The position numbers and the translations under genes are program-made. Below are positions 1-8,480 of a stretch of 52,304 bases of DNA, in pieces. The stretch comes from a virus (Duplodnaviria; Caudoviricetes): positions 1 through 52,304 of the IMG/VR virus record IMGVR_UViG_3300019458_000043. One strand, 5' to 3'. Within the stretch, counting starts at the first letter, position 1. Every line of letters begins with the position of its first letter. Below the pieces are notes generated by a model. The model was not told where the DNA came from. It saw nothing but the letters and a program-made list of their open reading frames with translations, and did no database searches.

Positions 1-1154
1 ACCTCATCCCTACCCGCCCCGCCGGAGGTAATAACGTCCGGCAGCATATCTCGGAGCGTAAGAATGGGGCTACCCGCCTTCAAGCCGCTCCCGCTAGCAA
101 ACAGTGTCCAGAACTCAGCCGCCTTCGGTTGCATCTTGAAGTTAAGCGCCACGGAGCCATGCTCTTGGTACTTCTCCGGGTCGGTATTGCTCGTCGCCAT
201 CAAGTAGTAGAGGGCACAAGCGTAAGGGAATGACAAGAATCGACTGATCCGCCGACCATCCCTACCGCCCCCGGCCTCGACGCCCCACAGAAAGAGTATT
301 GCGTCCACCAATTTTGGGTGGTTGGCAATAAAATCCAACGCTTCCGAGTGGGGGAAGTGGGGTGCATCGGACACTTTCTGGCCCCCGGAACGCAGCCAAG
401 CTAGCCGGATCGCCCCCGCGAGGGAGTTCGCCAGCCTCTTTTTCACGTTTTCCGTGAAGTACGTGCTGTTGATCGGGTCAACCGGCCCCTCGAACCGTCG
501 ATCCCGATACAGTACATCCCCCAAAGAACGCTTCTGGCCCAGGTCGAGGGTGTCAATTACCTCCCTGGACTCTTTTACACCTCGAACGATGATACATTCC
601 ATCGTTAAGGGGCCGTTGATGCCGAACCGCTTATACACGTTCGGTGTCCTTTGCCGCAACTGCTCGCCCAGGATGAGACCTACGAAGCGGTGGGCGCCAC
701 TCTCGACCTGATCGCAGCGGTCGATGATGATTGTTTCACCATTCAACTGCCATTTGCTCCGCAACAACTCACTCATATACCGCCGAGCGAGGGCAATCCG
801 AAACGGCCGGTTCTTGACGTTGTTGGCTAGGAAGACTTTTGTGCGATTGTAGTCGGAGAAGTGGTAGAAAGTACGTTCATCCTTGGGTACTTCCGTCCAG
901 CCAATCGCTTTCTTGGCTTGCTCAACCGTAAAAGCACCGTGGTTGCCTCCCTTTTGGTACACCGTGGCCGTTACAGCCTTGTGGACCACTTTGGGGGTGG
1001 GGAATTTGAGAAACACAGGTTCTTGCTTCTCACCTTTACCCTTACCTCCCTTCCCTTTTGTTGTTCCTTCGTCACCCGACTCATTTTGTTGGTGTTCCGG
1101 TCCGGATTGATGTTTCGGGACTGGCCGTCGTTTCAAACTCAAACCTGTACTCAT
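1..1154 (-). CDS. ParB/Srx-like phage protein, runs off the left edge (not in the supplied ORF track)
   Basis: Manual translation from ATG 1154 (upstream AAGGGGGA) stays open to base 1. It contains NNVKNRPFRIALARRYMSELLRSKWQLNGETIIIDRCDQVESGAHRF...IIVRGV...IDTLDLGQKRSLGDVL, matching the NRxL...W.LNGE.I..D....DGQHRL...VRG...DT.D.G..RS pattern of phage ParB-like proteins. Confidence 0.7.
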   Translation of the reverse strand, partial: MSTGLSLKRRPVPKHQSGPEHQQNESGDEGTTKGKGGKGKGEKQEPVFLKFPTPKVVHKAVTATVYQKGGNHGAFTVEQAKKAIGWTEVPKDERTFYHFSDYNRTKVFLANNVKNRPFRIALARRYMSELLRSKWQLNGETIIIDRCDQVESGAHRFVGLILGEQLRQRTPNVYKRFGINGPLTMECIIVRGVKESREVIDTLDLGQKRSLGDVLYRDRRFEGPVDPINSTYFTENVKKRLANSLAGAIRLAWLRSGGQKVSDAPHFPHSEALDFIANHPKLVDAILFLWGVEAGGGRDGRRISRFLSFPYACALYYLMATSNTDPEKYQEHGSVALNFKMQPKAAEFWTLFASGSGLKAGSPILTLRDMLPDVITSGGAGRDE

Positions 1155-1212
1155 ACGTTCCCCCTTGTGTGAGATGAAAAACAGGAATCGTCAATTACTG
1201 ACCTTTGCCTAC

Positions 1213-1340
1213 TGCCCCAGCTACTCTGCCCCAGCTACTCTGCCCCAGCTACCCAGCCACCCAGCTACCCAGCTACCCAGCTACCCAGCTACCCAGCTAC
1301 CCAGCTACCCAGTACCTAGCTACCCAGCTACTCTGCCCCC
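1213..1340 (+). repeat. Tandem repeat: 8-bp CCCAGCTA units flanked by 14-bp CCCCAGCTACTCTG units
   Basis: Directly visible; it gives rise to the spurious PATQLPSY ORFs. Confidence 0.95.
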
Positions 1341-1351
1341 ACACACTACCC

Positions 1352-1519
1352 CTACTTGTTCCATCCGTACTGGTTCCACTTACGCTTGCTGCTACTCTTT
1401 TTACCCCCTTTCTTCTCTTTTCGTTTGAAATCCTTGTACGACACCTGCGGTGTCACAGCAGCTTCGATCTCAGTCCTTGTCGAAACTTCCAGATCTCCCA
1501 TCCTAATAATACGAACCAT
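1352..1519 (-). CDS. Small basic hypothetical protein (55 aa)
   Basis: GGAGG RBS before ATG 1519; MVRIIRMGDLEV...KRKWNQYGWNK. Confidence 0.55.
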   Translation of the reverse strand: MVRIIRMGDLEVSTRTEIEAAVTPQVSYKDFKRKEKKGGKKSSSKRKWNQYGWNK

Positions 1520-1587
1520 AGCTTCCTCCATCCTTGCGGTTCTAGGGATTCTGCTGTTTACAGAGTCGCACCCCGCGACAATGCACA

Positions 1588-1653
1588 GCAATAAACGCCA
1601 CTATACCTTACCCCACCACCATATACTATATACTAGGAACTGGCGTTTATTGC
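1588..1653. promoter_or_regulatory. 13-bp perfect inverted repeat (GCAATAAACGCCA / TGGCGTTTATTGC) in the divergent intergenic region; operator candidate
   Basis: Arms at 1588-1600 and 1641-1653 with an AT-rich 40-bp spacer. Confidence 0.6.
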
Positions 1654-1723
1654 ACGGTTTCTGCTAGGTTTTTGCTATAACCCTAATGCTGGCAATAGGT
1701 TAGGGCAATTTTGCTAGGGGGGC

Positions 1724-1752
1724 TTGCACGGGTTCCCCCATTCCTATAAGGT
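1724..1752 (+). promoter_or_regulatory. Putative sigma70-like rightward promoter
   Basis: TTGCAC (1724-1729), 17-bp spacer, TAAGGT (1747-1752), upstream of the rightward operon. Confidence 0.4.
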
Positions 1753-1775
1753 GTGGTAGTAGTAGTAGTAACTGT

Positions 1776-2022
1776 CGAGGGGTAATGCCACGAACCCCCC
1801 CCCTCGCACCCAGCAAAGCAACCTAGTAGGCTCGGGCTATGCGGAAGTCGCACCCCGGCAAGTCCGAGCCACTACTAGGTCTGCTCGAAAGGGGAAACCG
1901 GGAAGTGTCGCACCAGCGCTCTCCACGATGGGAAACACTTCCCGGTCCCCGATCGAGCCGGTTAGGACTGACCATTCAAAACCCCGTCTGCTGTGGACGG
2001 GGCCAGCAACGCGGAAGTTGGT
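1776..2022 (+). ncRNA. Highly structured 5' leader or candidate ncRNA
   Basis: Consecutive long stems: 1821-1829/1872-1880, 1829-1838/1861-1870, 1883-1888/1953-1958, 1897-1908/1935-1946, 1982-1988/1996-2002. Confidence 0.45.
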
Positions 2023-2035
2023 AAGGGTCTCCGAA

Positions 2036-2308
2036 ATGGCTAAACGCCTTAAGACATACGAACCCGTTGTGTCCAACAAGGGTCGCCCTTGCAAGTATCC
2101 GTACAACGAATGGTTCGACGGACAGATACGCAGGTTGTTCCAGGGTACCATGCCTCCTGACGGAAAAGGGGATTTTGAATGCACCCTAGCAGCGATGGAA
2201 GTCACAATCCGACGTGCCGCCAAGTTTCGTGGAATCGACGTAAGCATCTTTTACGAGCACGACCCGCCCGCTCTTGTCATACAGGCGATTTTGCAAGCGT
2301 CAGCGTAA
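2036..2308 (+). CDS. Small putative DNA-binding protein
   Basis: GRPCKYPYNEWFDG motif seen in small phage DNA-binding proteins; first gene of the operon. Confidence 0.55.
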   Translation: MAKRLKTYEPVVSNKGRPCKYPYNEWFDGQIRRLFQGTMPPDGKGDFECTLAAMEVTIRRAAKFRGIDVSIFYEHDPPALVIQAILQASA

Positions 2309-2399
2309 GTATAAGTTAGCTTCCCGGATAAGGCAGAGCTACGGCGTAGCAACAACCGTGGCTCTGCCAGTCCGGCCACTTCCACTCGAAAGGAATCAA

Positions 2400-2654
2400 A
2401 TGAGCTACAACTGTTCGCTCTGCGGGGATTATGTCGAGGCCGGCAAGCCGGCACAAAAAGCCAGACTCATCATTCCAGGCGACTACAAAGAGCGAGAGCA
2501 CCTGCTGTGTTCCTCCTGTTTTACCGGCTTAGCCGAGGGTATCCGCCCTCTAACACTCCAGCGTCGTCGGTTGCTACTTGGGCAACCAGTGGACAACGAC
2601 ACGCAACGCCATCGCTCAATCTCTACTTCAACCCCACCCAATTTGGAGACGTGA
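2400..2654 (+). CDS. Small zinc-finger hypothetical protein
   Basis: AAGGAA RBS; CSLC...CSSC. Confidence 0.55.
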   Translation: MSYNCSLCGDYVEAGKPAQKARLIIPGDYKEREHLLCSSCFTGLAEGIRPLTLQRRRLLLGQPVDNDTQRHRSISTSTPPNLET

Positions 2655-2866
2655 TGATCGACCTACCCACCCCTAAGGTTGTTGGCTCGGACAAAAAGTC
2701 GCTAGCGTTGGATCAGTGTAAGCAAGAATGCTTAATCCAACTCTCTCATCTCCTTCACTTTATTGCACTTCTAGTCCGAGAGATGGTCCTTGAAGCAGTA
2801 ACTACCAAAAACGTCAAACAACTTGGTTTCCTTGGTTTCCACAAAAAGGACAAACCACAAAGATGA
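2654..2866 (+). CDS. Hypothetical protein
   Basis: GGAG RBS; start and stop overlap both neighbouring genes. Confidence 0.5.
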   Translation: MIDLPTPKVVGSDKKSLALDQCKQECLIQLSHLLHFIALLVREMVLEAVTTKNVKQLGFLGFHKKDKPQR

Positions 2867-3252
2867 GCCAAGCAGCTTGGAAAAAATCGGAACAACGCCT
2901 GGCTGCCCTATTCGGGGCCAGACGACGACCCCTCAGTGGTGGAAACCAGGGCGGAGGGCGTGACGATGGGATGCACCCCATTCTGTTCCTGGAGAACAAG
3001 CACGGCAAACAATGTGCCGGGTTAGTCAGTCTTTTTGAACAAACCGCACTTAAAGCCAAGAAAGAGGGCCGAGTACCAGTCATTGGTGTCCAAGCCAAGT
3101 ATCGCGGTACCGTCCTCATCTTCGCAGCAATTGACTTCGAGCGTGTAGCCCAAGAGTGGGCCATCGCCCACGGGTACCACTTCGGAACCACGGCCGAGGT
3201 TCTAACAGCTATTGGACATCCCCCAAAGAAAACCACTGGGAGACAAGGATGA
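2863..3252 (+). CDS. Holliday-junction resolvase-like PD-(D/E)XK nuclease
   Basis: WKKSEQRLA...RRPLSGG...D...FLENKH pattern. Confidence 0.65.
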   Translation: MSQAAWKKSEQRLAALFGARRRPLSGGNQGGGRDDGMHPILFLENKHGKQCAGLVSLFEQTALKAKKEGRVPVIGVQAKYRGTVLIFAAIDFERVAQEWAIAHGYHFGTTAEVLTAIGHPPKKTTGRQG

Positions 3253-3869
3253 GCGTTACGATTCACAAAATGCTGATGCCAAGCTGGGAGCGTCATAAAG
3301 CGGCGTGGTGTAACTGTACTAGATGTCCACTGGCACACGAACGACAGCAGGTTATCTTGTACCGGGGTTTCCTGCCGTGCGACGTGTTGTTTGTGGGGGA
3401 GGCACCCGGCGAGTCCGAAAACGTGCGTGGGGAACCTTTCGTCGGACCCGCCGGGCAGCTTCTCAACAGCCTTATTGCAGAGGTTGAAGTGGGTGGCAGT
3501 ACAAAGGACCCAGGTTTCCGGTACGGTGTCACCAATATCGTTGCTTGTATCCCCTGGGATGGCGACGAGGGCCATACTAGGGAACCTAAGAAAGAGGAAG
3601 CTGCCGCTTGTTCCAATCGACTTGCAGAGATTATGCGGTTGGCCCAACCCCGCCTAGTCGCTTGTCTTGGCCGAGTAGCCCAGCGTTTTCTACCAAGGGA
3701 CTTTGGTTCCTTCACGGACTGTCATAAACCGGAGGTGATCCACCTCGTTCACCCAGCCGCTATTCTACGCGAAGTAAACGAAGTAAACAGCGGAACTGCT
3801 GCCCTAATGGAAAAGCGGTTTATTGTCACCCTTAAAGCAAAGCTGGAGGAAGTGCTATGCAAACGTTGA
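3249..3869 (+). CDS. Uracil-DNA glycosylase, family 4 (Fe-S)
   Basis: CTRCPL, VLFVGEAPGESE..RGEPFVGPAGQLL, ACIP, AAAC, HPAAILR. Confidence 0.9.
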   Translation: MSVTIHKMLMPSWERHKAAWCNCTRCPLAHERQQVILYRGFLPCDVLFVGEAPGESENVRGEPFVGPAGQLLNSLIAEVEVGGSTKDPGFRYGVTNIVACIPWDGDEGHTREPKKEEAAACSNRLAEIMRLAQPRLVACLGRVAQRFLPRDFGSFTDCHKPEVIHLVHPAAILREVNEVNSGTAALMEKRFIVTLKAKLEEVLCKR

Positions 3870-4393
3870 CTCGATTACTCATTTGGCTTTGGGTAGCTGT
3901 AAAGCTACTTGCTTTCATGGTCGGCCTTGGTTACATCATCATTGTAATTTGCAACGCTCTAGTACTAGGTGCAGAGGAACTACCCACCCCGTTCGTTCTA
4001 GGTCGCGAACACCCTGTTATAGTTCGCTCTGTGTACGACGGGGACACTTTCACGCTCGATATTGACCTGGACTTTGGCTTCTGGCTAAAGGGTGAGACTG
4101 TGCGGGCAATGGGCTACGACGCATGGGAGGTAACACGCACCCGCAAAACAGTCGGTGAGATAACCGACCAGGAGATTGCTAAAGGAAAAGAGGCCCGTAC
4201 CTACGTCGAAAACCTGTTCCGTAACGCTAAGGTAGTCACCTGTGAATCCTCAGTTATTATAAACCAGGATTTCGACGGTACCACCCTCGCTCGTCGTTAC
4301 CGCGACCCCTACGGACGGCTCTTGTTGTTCATTCGTGTGGATGGCAAGCTACTAGCCAAACTGATGGAGGAACGTGGCTATGTGCGAAAATAG
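3857..4393 (+). CDS. Thermonuclease (SNase family) with N-terminal hydrophobic anchor
   Basis: VYDGDTF.LDIDLDFG...VRAMGYDAWE...DPYGRLL; about 35 hydrophobic N-terminal residues. Confidence 0.8.
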   Translation: MQTLTRLLIWLWVAVKLLAFMVGLGYIIIVICNALVLGAEELPTPFVLGREHPVIVRSVYDGDTFTLDIDLDFGFWLKGETVRAMGYDAWEVTRTRKTVGEITDQEIAKGKEARTYVENLFRNAKVVTCESSVIINQDFDGTTLARRYRDPYGRLLLFIRVDGKLLAKLMEERGYVRK

Positions 4394-4493
4394 GAACGAC
4401 AACCATGACTACTGGACACTCGTTCTGGCTGGTATCGTATCACTAATATCGTGGATTCCACTTCTCCTCTACGTATACAAGTTTTGCCTTTAG
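4380..4493 (+). CDS. Possible 37-aa single-TM protein
   Basis: Manual translation MCENRNDNHDYWTLVLAGIVSLISWIPLLLYVYKFCL; GAGG upstream. Confidence 0.35.
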   Translation: MCENRNDNHDYWTLVLAGIVSLISWIPLLLYVYKFCL

Positions 4494-4592
4494 CACACGC
4501 TCAGGTTTCCCATGCGACTTTTATTACGTGCTCTGAGGAGGGCGATACTCAGATGGCTCGTTTCCCATTATCGCCGGTCAAGGAGAAACTGT

Positions 4593-4814
4593 ATGGCTAT
4601 TTCACAGGGTACGCGAGATTTGATCGAGGCTGCCTCCCAAGCTGACGATGCTGTTGATGTTGCCCGTACCGACGTGGCCCAAAAACGGCAAACTACCGCC
4701 GACGCTCAGGCCGCTCAGGCCGCAAGCGAACTGGAACTGGACGCGAGGATGATCGACCGCGACCAGAAAAAGGGAGCTGCCTTCGACGCTCTCATCGCCG
4801 AATTGGGGGACTAG
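4593..4814 (+). CDS. Small Ala-rich coiled-coil protein
   Basis: AGGAGA RBS before ATG 4593. Confidence 0.6.
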   Translation: MAISQGTRDLIEAASQADDAVDVARTDVAQKRQTTADAQAAQAASELELDARMIDRDQKKGAAFDALIAELGD

Positions 4815-4879
4815 TTCTAGCTACCTCGGCCCCCAGCTTAGGGAATTATTGCTCGTAGCAGTAACACTCCCTTTGAAGT

Positions 4880-4925
4880 GGTGGGGCGGGCGCCACCATG
4901 ACATCCGCCTCACCCTTTTCATTTC
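4880..4925 (+). terminator. Putative intrinsic terminator or hairpin
   Basis: GGTGGGGCGGG...TCCGCCTCACC followed by CTTTTC. Confidence 0.35.
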
Positions 4926-4949
4926 CATTCCATTGCACTAATAAAAACC

Positions 4950-6206
4950 ATGCCACCCAGAACACTTCCCAAAAAACGCAAAACAGCCCCAGTAAATATT
5001 GTGGCAACCCCAAATCTTAAACATTCATTATGGCAAGGCCCGGAGAAGGACGGAATAACTTTCTCGTTACTATCTCGGTTCCTTTGCTGTCGTGAACGAT
5101 TTCGTCTTCGCGTGGTCGAGGGGTTGGTTGAGGACGAAGGCTTTAACCACACCATTGAGTTTGGCTCGATCTGGCACGCCGGCGAAGAGGCCTTTGCTCG
5201 AAAGAATGACTGGGCACAGGCAATGGCAAACTACACATCCGTTTTGTTTCAGAAGTACCCCACCGATGAAAAAGAGATTGCCAAGTGGTATTCTATCGCC
5301 AAAGCCCAATTCCCCATCTACATCGACTACTGGCGACACCACCCCGACCAGCGGAGGCGGCGGCCGGTTCTTGAGGAAGCTGCTTTTCGCGTACCGTACC
5401 TGCTGCCATCTGGTCGTAAGGTTATTCTTCGTGGCAAATTTGATTGCGTCCTCCTTCTCGGAAATTCGCTGTACTTACAGGAGAACAAAACAAAGGGAAC
5501 TATTGATGAGGAGGGAATCCAAAAAACCGTTGCCCAAAACTTGCAAACGATGCTCTACCAGATAGCCCTTCGACAGTCATTGCAACACATCGCAACAGCG
5601 GGACAGAATGACTGGTTTATAACCAACATCTGTGGTTCCAGACCGCATGAAAGTATTTTGTGTGAGCTAACCCCATTTCGTTCACCAAAGAGGGGCTACA
5701 AGATAGGTGGTGTCATCTACAACGTAGTCCGTCGGCCACTAGCGGATCGTTTCGCGATCAAACAACGTAAGAGCGAAACCTTACCCCAATTCTACAAACG
5801 GCTTGCCAGCGTCATCAAAGGAAAACCAGACTATTTCTTCCACCGTTGGAACGTTGGGTTGCAACAGTCGGACATCAATCGCTTCCGCCAGCGAGTGTTC
5901 GACCCCATACTCGAACAACTTTGCGACTGGTGGGAATGGGTATCTGTAGATCCTTTCGACCCTTGGACCCCTCGGATGCTATTTCGCGTTCAAAGCTCAA
6001 ACGAGTGGAAGCTAGCTATGGTTAGTAACACCCACAAAACATCTCTCCCCCGCAACCAAACCCACTTCCAAGCCCCCTGGGGAGTCTATAACTCTCTAGC
6101 TGGCGGGTTTCGAGGTGACTACTTTGACTTTCTCACTTCCGAGGGCCGACGCACTTCTGGCCTTCGTAAAATCGACAATCTCTACCCTGAACTAACCTCG
6201 GAGTGA
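4950..6206 (+). CDS. PD-(D/E)XK exonuclease (RecB/Cas4-like phage recombination nuclease)
   Basis: TFSLLSRFLCC, FGSIWH, LRGKFD...LQENKT, QTMLY. Confidence 0.8.
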   Translation: MPPRTLPKKRKTAPVNIVATPNLKHSLWQGPEKDGITFSLLSRFLCCRERFRLRVVEGLVEDEGFNHTIEFGSIWHAGEEAFARKNDWAQAMANYTSVLFQKYPTDEKEIAKWYSIAKAQFPIYIDYWRHHPDQRRRRPVLEEAAFRVPYLLPSGRKVILRGKFDCVLLLGNSLYLQENKTKGTIDEEGIQKTVAQNLQTMLYQIALRQSLQHIATAGQNDWFITNICGSRPHESILCELTPFRSPKRGYKIGGVIYNVVRRPLADRFAIKQRKSETLPQFYKRLASVIKGKPDYFFHRWNVGLQQSDINRFRQRVFDPILEQLCDWWEWVSVDPFDPWTPRMLFRVQSSNEWKLAMVSNTHKTSLPRNQTHFQAPWGVYNSLAGGFRGDYFDFLTSEGRRTSGLRKIDNLYPELTSE

Positions 6207-6209
6207 ACC

Positions 6210-6551
6210 ATGCGACTTATCTTCGAGTTGGAAGGAAAAGAAAATGATTTGGATATAACCCAGTTAGTAACCCAGTTTACTTACTGGAGTGACGAATTGC
6301 GTTCGTTGCTAATACACTCCATACCCAACCAACTCCAGCCACTATCTCAAGCACAGAACCCTTCTAACCACGGAGAAACCGATGGCTCAAGTAACGAAAC
6401 AGACATCGCGACCGAAACCACAAACACGACCCCAGCCCCCGTCGAACACGTCATCATCGAATGGGAAGAAGAGCAGCTTGGTACCAAAGAGTACCCGGCC
6501 GTCGTCAAGCAGATCAAGCGACACGCCACAATCCGCCGGCTTCCTGGGTAA
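6210..6551 (+). CDS. Hypothetical protein, overlaps the next gene
   Basis: GGAG RBS, but 170-nt overlap with the AAA gene. Confidence 0.3.
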   Translation: MRLIFELEGKENDLDITQLVTQFTYWSDELRSLLIHSIPNQLQPLSQAQNPSNHGETDGSSNETDIATETTNTTPAPVEHVIIEWEEEQLGTKEYPAVVKQIKRHATIRRLPG

Positions 6552-7308
6552 AGACCCGCTGGGCATGGTTGTATATGGGCCTAGTGGTGTTGGTAAGACT
6601 TCGTTCTGTGCCAACTTCCCCAAGGTCGGCGTCATCCACGATCCGCAAGAGGGCGGTATCCTCAGTCTGTTACAATTCAAGCAATGCCCCGAACCTGTGT
6701 TCCACAAAGAGATGGACAACTTTGAGAAAACCTTGCTCTTTCTCGAAAAGGTAGCAACAGACACATTGGGCATTCGCACCCTCGTCGCTGATTCTGCCAC
6801 CGGGTTCGAGAAACTCTGTTTCCAGTACCACTGTCGAGAACACTTCGACAACGACTGGTCAAAAGAGGGTTTCTACTCATACCAACAAGGCCCGAAGAAC
6901 GCTGCCAAAACGGATTGGCCCATGCTCGTTGATGCACTCGACAACGTGCGGCGTGCCGGCATTAACGTCATCATCATCGCCCACTCGCAGGTCAAGAACT
7001 TTCAGAACCCAGTCGGCCCGGACTACGACAAGTACACGCCATACTTGGACAAGGAAAGCTGGCAGGTTCTCCACCGCTGGGCACAAGCTGTACTCTTTTA
7101 CAACTACTACGTTGACATCGAGAAAAAGAAGGGAGGAATTAAACCAAAGGTCAAAGAGGAAACTGAGTGTCGGCAAATCTATACCCAACACTCCGCCGCG
7201 TTCGATGCGAAGAACTGGTACGGTCTGGAACCAATCATCGACGCCGGCGATTCCGGTACGGATGCTTTCGACAACTTCGTGCGTGCGTTCAAATCAGCAG
7301 GCAAGTGA
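6382..7308 (+). CDS. Phage AAA/Sak4-like NTP-binding recombination protein
   Basis: Walker A YGPSGVGKTS, TLVADS, IIIAH, AFDAKN; located between exonuclease and SSB. Confidence 0.8.
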   Translation: MAQVTKQTSRPKPQTRPQPPSNTSSSNGKKSSLVPKSTRPSSSRSSDTPQSAGFLGKDPLGMVVYGPSGVGKTSFCANFPKVGVIHDPQEGGILSLLQFKQCPEPVFHKEMDNFEKTLLFLEKVATDTLGIRTLVADSATGFEKLCFQYHCREHFDNDWSKEGFYSYQQGPKNAAKTDWPMLVDALDNVRRAGINVIIIAHSQVKNFQNPVGPDYDKYTPYLDKESWQVLHRWAQAVLFYNYYVDIEKKKGGIKPKVKEETECRQIYTQHSAAFDAKNWYGLEPIIDAGDSGTDAFDNFVRAFKSAGK

Positions 7309-7363
7309 ACTTGCTAATAAACGCCGCGTTTCACCACTCTCCCCCAAAGAAAAGGAAAGCCCT

Positions 7364-8314
7364 ATGGCTGCTAACACAAAGTTCTCCAAGGCCATCCAAA
7401 AGATGAAGAAGATCGGCAAGGGTGCCTGGAGCCGCTCCCGACAGAAAGAGGCAAAGGCTCGTGGTGCCAGGCTTCCCGGCGGTCTCATCAACGCCGTTGC
7501 CAAGCTCTCCAGCTACAACATCGGTGAATACGATAACGGCACGCCTTTCGTCAGCATCACCGGCATCGTTGTGGAACCGGAGGAACATGCGGGCGTCCGG
7601 GCCGTTACCAAACACCGACTGGAGGAAAACGACCGACAGACAATCGACGAGGCGTTCGACAAATTGTCCTCTGATATCCAACTGCTCGGCGGCAAGACCG
7701 ACGAAATGTCCGAGGATGACATTCCGAAGGAACTGACCCGGCTTTGCAAGGCTAGTCCCTACTACAAGTTCAACACGGTCGCTTGGGAGTTCAACGGCCG
7801 GAGTGGCACAGCCTGTCTCATCCAAGGGTTGTGTGACGAGGACTTCACACCGGCCGATCCGGTGGAGATTGTCGAGGAACCCGACGCTGACGAGGATGAA
7901 AACGACCTGGATTCGCTTTCCCGCACCGAACTGAAAGCCCTCATCACCGAGGAGGAGCTGGATGTTAAAGTTAACAAAGGAATGTCAGACGACGACATTC
8001 GCGAGGCGATCCGACAAGCCCGGCCGGGCAGCGACTATGAGGAGGAAGGTGACGAGGACGAGGAGGCTAAACCCGGCGATGAGGGTGAAGAGGAGGAGGA
8101 AGAGGAGGAGATCGACGAGGGCAGCAATGGCGAGGACTGGAAACCCGCCAAGGAAGATATCTACAACTTCAAAGCCCCCGGTACTCGCAAGTCTGATGAG
8201 TGCGAAGTTACCTCGGTCAACGAACGGAAGCGAATCGTCAGCCTGAAACGCCTCCGCGACAAAAAGCTGTTCAAGGACGTTTCGTGGGACAAGCTCGAGT
8301 CCGCCGGCGAGTAG
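7364..8314 (+). CDS. SSB-like protein with acidic linker, helical HeH/Rho-N-like segment and C-terminal beta domain
   Basis: Follows the AAA gene; LPGGLINA start; long D/E tracts; DLDSLSRTELKALI...MSDDDIREAI. Confidence 0.6.
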   Translation: MAANTKFSKAIQKMKKIGKGAWSRSRQKEAKARGARLPGGLINAVAKLSSYNIGEYDNGTPFVSITGIVVEPEEHAGVRAVTKHRLEENDRQTIDEAFDKLSSDIQLLGGKTDEMSEDDIPKELTRLCKASPYYKFNTVAWEFNGRSGTACLIQGLCDEDFTPADPVEIVEEPDADEDENDLDSLSRTELKALITEEELDVKVNKGMSDDDIREAIRQARPGSDYEEEGDEDEEAKPGDEGEEEEEEEEIDEGSNGEDWKPAKEDIYNFKAPGTRKSDECEVTSVNERKRIVSLKRLRDKKLFKDVSWDKLESAGE

Positions 8315-8480
8315 GTGGTCGGCGAGTCCTTTGTACCAAAATCGCTAGGATTGTCAGCTAACCCTACAGTGGGAGGAAGTGCGAACCGTGCCCAGGGATT
8401 AAACAAGCGACGCGGGTTATGCCGCAGGATGCGTCTCTGGCCTCCCACCACATTTCAAACACATTGGAGAACTAACTAAA

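Noticed and set aside
1165-1594. ORFs 1165-1428 and 1205-1594 with PATQLPSY repeats
   Set aside because: They are translations of the 8-bp tandem repeat, lack an RBS and lie antisense to better-supported leftward genes.
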